NCBI GenBank assembly: GCA_964016885.1
Contig: OZ024743.1
Span: 291,090,001-291,154,000 of the forward strand
Direction of reading: 5' to 3'
Origin: Eledone cirrhosa
Taxonomy: Eukaryota
DNA length: 64,000 nucleotides
Shown: one piece after another, positions 56,001 through 64,000 of the stretch
Position numbering within the stretch: position 1 is the first letter of the stretch
How the letters are laid out: every line of letters begins with the position of its first letter
Made by a program: the position numbers and the translations under genes
The notes under the pieces: generated by a model
Databases searched by the model: none
What the model was told of the DNA's origin: nothing
The model's input: only the letters and a program-made list of their open reading frames with translations

Positions 56001-56985
56001 TTTGTTTGTGATGATAATGTTTTTGAGAATTATGTTAGTCTTGTGTATTATCTTTTGGTTCTGTTTGGAGTTCTGGATCTTAGGGAGGGTGTCTCGTTCC
56101 CCCATGTCAGATTCTTTCATTTTCATCCATTCGATCATAATTTCATCCTTCAAGTTGGCAAGTTCATTCTCATTCATTTCTTTATCATTTACGATCTCAT
56201 TATTTTCATTTGGAGTTTCATCCTGAGCATGCACTCCCTCCACTTTTTCGCTCCTTTCTTTAATTTGTTCTGTTGCCAGTGATTCCGCCCCAACTCTGGG
56301 ATTCGAAGTGTTACAGTTTACCTCGGTTTCACTGACACATGCTTCATTTTCCCTTCGCTGACTTTGTGCTACTAGCTTGATCTGATCAATTTCTATATCA
56401 GTTAGTAACTTTTTTCTTACAATATTTCTTCGTATATTGGCTAGTTTGTTACTGTCAATATAGCCTCTGTTTTCGGGATGTTTCTTTTTACAGTTGATAT
56501 ATGTTTGCTCTGTATTCGATGTATTTGATGGGTAGTACATGGCAGTGTAGAAAGCCTCAAGGACTTCTTTATTATCTTCCCTTGACCATTTTTCTCTCTT
56601 TTTCTTTGGATTTCTTGGTGGTGAGCATGGAGGGCCAACAGTAGGAGTATTCCGGTTATGGGAGGTCTCCAGCTCCGAAGTGATGGGAAGGTTTGAACCA
56701 TTAGCTGATTTTTCGACCCCAGTCTGGTTCCTCTCTGAGGGACGCGGCCCTTTTTTACCCGGGTGACGGCCGATCCGGTATGAGATTTCATCATTAGACA
56801 TCTACCTTATTTTGTCGCGTTTTATCCTTAACCGCCAAGGGGTAATCTTTTCGTGTTACCACTTCTAGAACGAGTGTCAACCAAGACTAGAGGGGTCGTT
56901 CTCCCCTAGAGACATGGCTATTCCCCGCCGGCCGCCATCCCGGTATTTCTTGGTCACGGGGTTTTCTTTTTGTTGTTTTTTTTTA
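53011..56985 (-). mobile_element. Full-length R4/Dong-like non-LTR retrotransposon (RT + restriction-like endonuclease), family A
   Basis: Single long ORF, about 185-nt GC-rich 5' leader (5' boundary approximate), 140-nt 3' UTR, (TAA)n tail at 52970-53010. Confidence 0.93.
53151..56801 (-). CDS. Intact 1216-aa polyprotein: RT, CCHC zinc finger, PD-(D/E)xK restriction-like endonuclease
   Basis: KSPGKDKI, YRPITCL, IDYKKAFDS, GIFQGDSLSP, FYMDDLK, CRVC..ETIDHIISMC, RHD, NRPDI..D, KLSKY. Confidence 0.95.
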   Translation of the reverse strand: MSNDEISYRIGRHPGKKGPRPSERNQTGVEKSANGSNLPITSELETSHNRNTPTVGPPCSPPRNPKKKREKWSREDNKEVLEAFYTAMYYPSNTSNTEQTYINCKKKHPENRGYIDSNKLANIRRNIVRKKLLTDIEIDQIKLVAQSQRRENEACVSETEVNCNTSNPRVGAESLATEQIKERSEKVEGVHAQDETPNENNEIVNDKEMNENELANLKDEIMIEWMKMKESDMGERDTLPKIQNSKQNQKIIHKTNIILKNIIITNKINITDLNHLYYASAKVTTHLCGVKMKKQRNSHKKSTWQDNINRQINLLRSDIEILTNYKVGEHVKQTKLRKLKKKYSIRSTCDIDMLIETIKQKVSAKAARIRRFEKRSRFYKDNNMFKNNQRNFYRKIGKSTITAKSIPPKEEVQEFWEKIWAEEKVHNIHAPWIDRQMKETAHLEEQTWENITVEQLRLALRKTSKWKSPGKDKIQNFWINAFTESHELLAQLYNEIVKEPEKIPSWLVNGITFLLPKNDETNNPKNYRPITCLTTMYKILTSVLTEYTYDHLITNDLFPIEQKGCKRGSYGCKDQLLVNKMILEDCHNRHKNLSIAWIDYKKAFDSLPHSWIEKCLEIFKISPVVRRFLSFSMRTWRTTLLLNSETKSLEAGEVNINCGIFQGDSLSPLLFCIALIPLSKMLNETKHGYRVYDKTINHLFYMDDLKLFAKNDEQLQGLLSTVKQFSDDIKMEFGLDKCAKATFTRGKLLKSSDINLDRGNVIRELDQEQTYKYLGVCEGDGIKHSTMRERIRKECYRRVRAILRTELNARNRIDAINTLAIPVVTYSYNVINWSSTEIRRLDTKIQKFLTMHRMHHPKADIDRIYLPRKEGGRGLIQLDIALKTATIGLSTYLRESHDWMIKLVLKHESTKRSYSITKDAQRYSNGLQISEVPFTAEMENTEKAKQVKVTAKKELLQKLAKKWQEKPLYGKYPERANNPDVDKTLTHQWLASSGLKSETEGLIISAQDQCLPTKNYQANIIKNGCSPLCRVCKKQPETIDHIISMCSPIAPTEYLNRHDRAAQYIHWIMCKHFDLPHQKNWWEHQPPPILEKDHISILWNFSIQTDRKIDANRPDIILKDFQRRVCLLIDMSVPIDKNVSIKTFEKLSKYKDLEIEIGKMWKLRTKTIPVVVGALGMIPKGSNDYLSQIPGNPRIGEIQKIVLMGTAHILRKILSI

Positions 56986-57041
56986 AATTGTTATTATCAT
57001 GAGTGGTACCTTAATGTGAGCATTGCGTGGCTTAAGAATGA

Positions 57042-57100
57042 AATTATTAATAATTGTCTCCACTCCAGGGACAAGGCCAGCAATCACCCAGTGCATTACA
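57042..57100 (-). mobile_element. SINE 3' fragment
   Basis: AATAATTGTCTC...ACAAGGCCAGCAATCACCCAGTGCATTAC. Confidence 0.75.
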
Positions 57101-57896
57101 ATAATATAATATACTTTTTGTTGTAGTTGGCTGTTATTGCTGCTGGCTATGTCGGTGGTGGTGCCGGGGCTTTTTATATTGTTGGTGAGGAAGGGGTGAG
57201 CCAGCAGTCCCATAATTGTTGATGTAGACGTTTGTCCGTGGCAAGGTCACCAAGTAAATCTATTTATATCTTTTGCTAGCCTCTCTCTTGTCTAGTGCTA
57301 CCACCACCTTCCCTTTTCTCTCTCAAGTTAACAGGGGAATAGTGTCAGTAGCATTGAATGAGTGGTGGCGGCGATGATGGATGTGGTGGGGAGGTGGCAG
57401 CGGTGGTGTTGTGGTTACTGATATAGTATCTATGAGTTTGTGTTCGTATGTTTAATATATATTTTCATTATATTTTGTGTTGACATATTCCCGTAAAATT
57501 TGAATTAAACATTTTTTTAAATTTGAGACAATAATAATTATTATGATGCCGGTGAAGTTGCCGTTATATTTAGTGTGATGGGATAGGTAGTGTATCAAGT
57601 TTCTGGTGTTGGTGAAATTGAAATTGCCGCTGTTCTATATAGTGTAGACAGAGGGTGTTTTGTTCCATTTATAACCATTTTCTTTTTTTGAATACAAAAT
57701 ATATAATACAAAATTGAATATTTGAGCGATACAACAATATAATATGGATCCGAAACTTTATGGGACCTCATTCGGTGCCTTTATGCAACATTTGTGCTAA
57801 GAATTGTTCTTTCACAATTGATTTAAATATGTTAAAAATCAAAAAACTTACGGGAGCAATTTCGTGACGTTCAACCACCTCGTGCGTCTTCTTCCC

Positions 57897-57958
<62 letters not shown>

Positions 57959-58302
57959 GGCGACCTACGTAGGAAATCGTATTATCGTGAGCTCCGCAAA
58001 GGTTTGTTATTTCCGTTTGTTTAAAGATTGCCATTTATGGAAAATTTTATTGTAAACTGTTTATAAGCACACATACATTGTTTTCCGAAAAGGACACCCA
58101 AAAAGATTGGGGCCTTGTGCCCAAAATTTTAACTTTTATTATTATCCAAAAATTTCTTTGAAAAAAAAGGGCTAATTCCCCTCTGCACGAAGCAGCTGAA
58201 AGCCTTCCTCACAAAATAACACCTCACACCGACACCACCATTGTAAATGTTACTACGTTTGCCAACACAAAAAAAAATATAAGCAGTAGAAATATTTTAA
58301 AT

Positions 58303-60160
58303 TTGTCTCAGGCAGACATTCATTTCCCGCCATTACCAATGACTGCAGGTGTTAAACCCTCCACCACCACCACCACCGCGACAACCACCACCACCACCAC
58401 CACCGCGACAACAGAAACAAAAGAAGCAAAAAATAAATTAACTCGTGACGTCGAAATGAAATCAAGCAAAATGGACTCTTCCCCACCAAAGACGACTGAC
58501 GTCACCACCACCACCCCTGAAAATAAAATTAATATTAACGATAACAACAACAACAACAATGACATTATAAAACCGACCCTCAGTTTCGCCATCGTAGCAA
58601 AACAATTCGAAGCGTTCACGGTAACTCAAGAAGATTTAGAAAATGCCAAACAAATGGTAAAGAAAGATGGGTACAGGGTCAGCCTCACCCCCCCCCCCTC
58701 CACCTAATAAAATGGAGCATCGGCGCCTGTACACCGTGTCGTATAGAACAATAAATGTAAAATCGCGCCGAGTGGAACGGGCATCCGAGTCCCAAATCCA
58801 AAAAGCTTTGGGACATGTGTGGGCGAGAAAAACCCACATCAGACGTGGCCAAAAGTATGGAACCGTGGATGTGTTCTTTGAAACACCAGAGGAGGCTAGA
58901 GAACACTCCATGGCCCCATTAAAAAGTGACGACTTCACACTCGTCCCAAGCTATTGTGGCCAGAGACTCGTAAAGATCAGGGTGACCCACGTTCCACCGG
59001 CCATCGAAATTCCCTGGCTAATAGCGGCTGTCATCGCCGGCATCGAGGCCAACACGAAAATAATAACAATAGCAAAAGAAAAGCAGGAAAACTGGTCCGG
59101 ATCTGGGATGGAGCTCCTGATCCAAGCGGACCAAAAAGGCATTGAGGATATCCCAGAGGTAATAGACCTCACTGACGGCAGCCACCTCACGGTAATTGTC
59201 GAGGGCAGAAGACCTAGGTGTGTCGTTTGTGGTGAAGGAACCCACCTAAGGGCTTTCTGCCCTCAGGCTAAAAGGTTGAGGCCACCTCTCCAACCCACCC
59301 CAGTGACACAACCATCAACACCACCAGTAACAGAGATGCCAGCAACAACTGTAGCAGCAACAACAGAAGCAACTGTAACAGCAACAACCCCAGCAACAGT
59401 AGCAAAACCAACACCACTACCACCACCAGCAAAACCAACACCACCACCACCCAACGCTTCAGAACTAGCACCAGCGCCTACACCATCCACGACACCACAA
59501 CCAAAACTAACGGCTGTGGAGGATTTTCCACTCCCCGGCCTATCACAACTGGAGACAGATTGTGACGACGAGGAGTGGGAAACGATATCCGGAAAAAAAA
59601 AAAGAAACCAAAAAAGAAAAAATTCTCTTCCTTCCCCCTCCAAAAACAAAATACAGAGGGAAACAAATAAACTAAGAAACAAAAAAGTTAGGACAGATAT
59701 GCCACCATCCACACCAGCATCACCAACCCCATCAACCCAAACGCCAACACCATCACCATCATTAACTCCAACACCACCATCACCTACACCACAAAAGTCA
59801 CCAAAATGCGAAACAGAAACAAACCCACAACAAACGCAAACAAAACAAAACAACCAAAACGATACACACTACACAGCATTAAATTTGAACAACAAGCAAT
59901 TATTGCACTACATCCAACACAACACCAACATCACAGAAAAAGACTACACAACAACCCCAAAATTCACACCACCTCCACACATACAAATCACTCGCATCAC
60001 ACAGAAAACGTACATGACACTAAAACAAAAATTCCCCAAAGATATCGGAGACTTCCGACAAGCACTCTCCAGGAGGATTTATAAGAACATCCTTCCTGAG
60101 GAGGCCACAAGCAGTAAAAAGGATGGAAAAACCGTCTTTCCCCTACGAGAAGTAAGGTAA
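58303..60160 (+). pseudogene. Tx1 ORF1 with one frameshift near the poly-C run at about 58690
   Basis: ORFs 58303-58707 and 58667-60160; knuckle CVVCGEGTHLRAFC; the frameshift may be a homopolymer sequencing error. Confidence 0.85.
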
Positions 60161-60194
60161 GTGGTCTTTCCCATCTTTTCCACTCCTTTTCAAC

Positions 60195-63100
60195 ATGACC
60201 TCACTCAGAATAGGCAGCATAAATGCGCGTGGCTTGGGGTCGTCATGGAAGCAGGGCCACCTGCTCAACGACCTCAGGTCACTAAACATAGATGTAGTGG
60301 CCATCAGCGAGACCAGAATCTCCAAAGCACAGGCTTTCGCACCGATCTTCGGCGGCTACGATGTGTACGCATCTCCCAGCCGTCCGGGATCGGGGGGAGG
60401 AGTTGCTGTGCTTTTTCGGAGAGGTTTGGATCTTGCAATACGGGCCATCTTCCTGGACCCAGAAGGTAAGTTGGTGGTGCTGGACGTGACCAGCGGAGAC
60501 GGGCAAGCTTTCAGGTTAGTGGCCGTCTATGCCCCGACAGGAGCAGGGCGGCCTGATTTCTTCCGGCGTCTGGAGACCTTTCTTGGAACGTCCCGCTCTT
60601 TAGTGTTAGTGGGCGACTGGAACGGGATCTTAGATGCACGCTGGGATTGTGTGGGATTAGTGGATAGGGAAGGAGGGTGCAAGAGTCTCACCAACCTGCT
60701 CAGACGTTTTGAACTGTCTGACAGGTACCGAATGGATTTCCCGAATGTACCAATGTGGACTTGGACAAATCGCATAGGGTCATCCAGATCATATCTAGAT
60801 AGAGTATTTTGTAGGGAAATAGATAGGTCTAGCATAGGCTGTCCACAATTCAAGATAGTCAGCTACACGGACCACAAATTCGTGATCTGTGTGCTTGACT
60901 TAGATAGGCTTCATAGACAAGGACCCGGCTACTGGAAGCTAAACGCGTCCTTACCAGCGCGCAAGGCCTACAGAGACCGGATTAGCGAACTAGTTAAGCA
61001 GGCGTTGACGGGGGCCATCGTCAACAACAAGTGGTGGTTTGCTCTGAAAAGAGCAATTAGAACAGAGTCCATTAGGTTTAGTAAGACTTTAGCAATAGAG
61101 AAAAATAGAGCAGAGGGAGAATTAGTTAGAAAATAAGATGAGGCGCTTAGCAAAGGCATCGCGACCGACGTACTTGCGGCGAAATTGGCCCTTGACCAAT
61201 TCTTCAATGCAAAGCACGAAGGCTGCGTTGTCAGAGCTAGGGTGCGTGCTCTCAGACAGGAGGGGACGAAAGCCGTTCAATGGGCCTGAGTGGCGGAGGC
61301 GCGTCGTGGCAACAAAGCCACGATCCGGTCTTTGGTGGACCACGACGGGCGCATGCTACTCGATCCCGGGAAAATGTGTGAAGCTTTTCAGCGACACTTC
61401 GCTCAACTGTTCGGGGGCAGTGGCGGGCCGGATCTAGGGATGGACTTTAGTGTCTACCTCGACGGACTGCCGCGGCTTTCGGCCACTGAGGCGGAGTGTT
61501 GCGAAAAGCCGATAACAACCGCTGAAGTACGGGATGCAATGACTAGTTGCACAAGGGGTAAATCGCCTGGTTTGGATGGTCTGCCCTATGAACTTTACGT
61601 ACAAATGCCAAACTTGTTCGGAGGCCTCTTGGCGGACGTCTACTGCAACTGGCAACAGAACGGGAGAATTCCAAGCTCTGTGAGCCGAGGAGCGGTGGCG
61701 CTGCTGAGAAAGGATCCGAACAAGGGGGATAACATAGATAATTTTAGGCCCATAACTCTGCTAAACACAGAGTTCAAGATTTTGGCCAAGGTGCTAGCAA
61801 AGAGGTTGGCGCTTGTCGTTGGTGGTCTGGTGGGAGAGGCACAGACATGCGCCATTCCCGACAGATCCATCCACGACAACCTCCACCTCATGCGATACAT
61901 CGTAGAGAGGGTAGCTAGGGAACCTGGCACGGGTGGGTCTTTGATCAATTTAGATCAGTCGAAAGCCTTCGATAGGGTCGACCACGTTACCTAACGGCAG
62001 TCCTGAGGGCGGCTGGCTTTGGGCCCGTCTTCAGAGGCTGGATCGCTGCCATGCACAGCGACATCTGCTCTGTAGTGAGAGTGAACGGTCACCTCTCGGA
62101 ACCGTTCAACATCATGCGCTCGGTCCGCCAAGGATGTCCCCTCTCGTCCCTATTGTACGTATTGACTCTCGAGCCATTACTGCACAAACTGGAGACGTTG
62201 AGGGGGGTCCCGCGCGAACTAGGATGCGGAAGATCCGTGTCAGCATATGCCGACGATGTCACCGTAGTGGTGTTGAACGCCAAACACATCGAGGCGATCG
62301 GCACTACACTAAGAGAATACGAAGCGGTGACAGGAGCAATGATCAACCAGGAAAAGTCAGTGGACCTGCAGCTCGGCACCTGGAGAGGCAGGTCCATGCC
62401 GTCCAACAGCGTCGTCGGGCGCTGGACGGACGGACCGGTTAAATTGCTAGGGGTCTGTTTCGGTCCAGACCTCCAGACGGACAAAAACTGGGACGAGGTG
62501 ACGAGCAGGGTGGCTTCTCTCACCCAGAAATGGGCCGAGAGGAAGCTATCCCTGAAAGGTCGAGCGGAGGTGGCGAATGCGTACATCGCATCCGTCATCT
62601 ACTACCGCCTGACCGTCGTACCTTGTCCTAAGCCCCGCCTGACTGCACTGGAGCGTTTGCTCTTTCGCTTCTTGTGGAAGGGACGCGCTCCGATGGTCAG
62701 GCGGTCCATCTGCTGTCAACACCCGCTACGTGGAGGGCTGGGCATGCCGTGGCTGATGATGCGCAGACACGCGCTCAGGCTACGACATCTCCACCTCTTC
62801 CTCGACGGTGATCAGGTGTGGTCGCCGTTTGCTAGACACGTTTTTCCCCAGCTCGTCTCCTTGACGGAGCTGCAGTCCTGGGTCAAGCGAAGACCGAGAG
62901 GGAGCGCTTCGAGACTGGAATGTCTTCAGGCGCTCACAGCCCTCGACCAATCGGGCAATGTGATCGGTGGAAACTCCACCTTGGCGTTCTATAGGGGATT
63001 AGTGGAGGGGAAGAGCGACAACGTACTTGGAGAAACTCTAGGCGTCGACGAAAATCAACTGGCCAATCTCTTCGGAAGGACTTTCGGGCCGGGGCCTATG

Positions 63101-63608
63101 GACAACTTCCAGAAATCCCTGGCAGTGCTACCGAGGAGCTTTGCCAGTTCGGGATAAACTCTACAGGCATGGAGGTGCCGTCAGCCGGGCATGTCCGAGA
63201 TGCGCGCAGGGCGACGAAACCGTCCTGCACGCACTCGTCCAGTGTCCGAGCATTGCTGACTTGTGGGTTTATGTCGAACACCTGCTGTCAAGTGTAGGAC
63301 CTATCCGGCTATCAGCTGAGTCCATCGTGAGGATTGCCCCGCCCCCTTCCTTTAGCCTGGAAGGGCAGGCAGTTTTTATCTGTCTGGTGGCCATGGCGAA
63401 AGAGATAGTATGGTGGACACGTTTGAAAGGGCTGAAGACGAGCACTTACCTCTTCGGTGATGCCCTGATTAGCTTTTTCAAATTTCATTTGAAAAGGAAA
63501 ATCAGGGTAGAGAGGTAAGTGCTCTCTTCCCAGCATTTTGTTGAAAGATGGGTGAGAAAAGCAAGTATGGCCCGAATAAATGGGCCTTCTCTGAGTATGT
63601 GTCTGTAA
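60195..63608 (+). pseudogene. Tx1 ORF2 (APE, RT, zinc finger) with several stops and frameshifts
   Basis: ORFs 60195-61136, 61290-61994, 62051-63157 and 63141-63518. Confidence 0.93.
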
Positions 63609-63887
63609 ATTAAAGGTGGGAAACTGGGAGAGGGCACTTGCCCTGGTGGTCAGGGCCACTGTGGTCTTTTAATGGGCTTTCTCCACAAATGTCCCTTGGA
63701 AGTCTCCCCCCTATTGGGGAATTTTTCTTTGTTATTTTATTTCAACCTCTGTTTTTTTACACGCAGAAATGCCCATTTGTACCGTCCTGTATTGTCCTGT
63801 ACTGTCCTTAATGTCTACTTTATGTGAACCCTTGTGGTTAATAAAGAAAACATTATTATTATTATTATTATTATTGTTATTGTTATT

Positions 63888-64000
63888 CCTTGAATCTCAG
63901 TCATTGATGTTGGTTAACTGGAAAGTCCGTTGGATTGAATATCAAGCCACTACCTGCAGCCTCAGATATTCAGGACGTATCGGAGGGTACTTGCCGTTCC
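63888..64000 (-). mobile_element. 3' end of another R4/Dong family B copy, continuing beyond the window
   Basis: Matches 27961-28070 (GAATATCAAGCC.CTACCTGCAGCCTCAGA.ATTCAGGACGTATCGGAGG). Confidence 0.88.

Larger units (their letters stand above)
57959..63851 (+). mobile_element. Full-length Tx1-clade LINE copy 5 with few inactivating mutations
   Basis: Begins directly after (TTA)n at 57896-57958, ends AATAAAGAAAAA-like signal plus (TTA)n; ORF1 and ORF2 collinear. Confidence 0.96.

Noticed and set aside
59263-59853. Antisense and alternative-frame ORFs over Tx1 ORF1/ORF2 (also 933-1358, 30133-30642, 62089-62598)
   Set aside because: Shadow ORFs caused by C/A-rich coding strands; no independent motifs

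Overview
AT-rich eukaryotic, repeat-saturated intergenic or intronic DNA with no recognisable host gene. The SINE family and the (TA)n/(TTA)n density suggest a cephalopod such as Octopus; this is inference. Contents: (1) seven full or partial Tx1/L1-clade LINEs (zinc-knuckle ORF1, APE-RT ORF2), all disrupted. (2) Five R4/Dong-like LINE copies with a restriction-like endonuclease, one with an intact 1216-aa ORF (53151-56801, minus strand). (3) Two decayed Penelope-like elements (RT + GIY-YIG). (4) About ten tRNA-derived SINEs, a non-autonomous Helitron and a possible Tc1/mariner relic. (5) Many short elements embedded in (TA)n, several forming long fold-backs. Three observations stand out. First, at least five unrelated short repeat families carry type I hammerhead-ribozyme folds with palindromic helix III, including U3-A8 core variants and inverted ribozyme pairs in 285-bp and 774-bp palindromes. 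Second, a putative 51-54 nt intron spans the Tx1 ORF1 stop and ORF2 start and would fuse them in frame in three divergent copies. Third, Tx1, R4/Dong and SINE insertions stack in (TTA)n tracts with fixed strand polarity. All folds and alignments were done by eye; none was computed.
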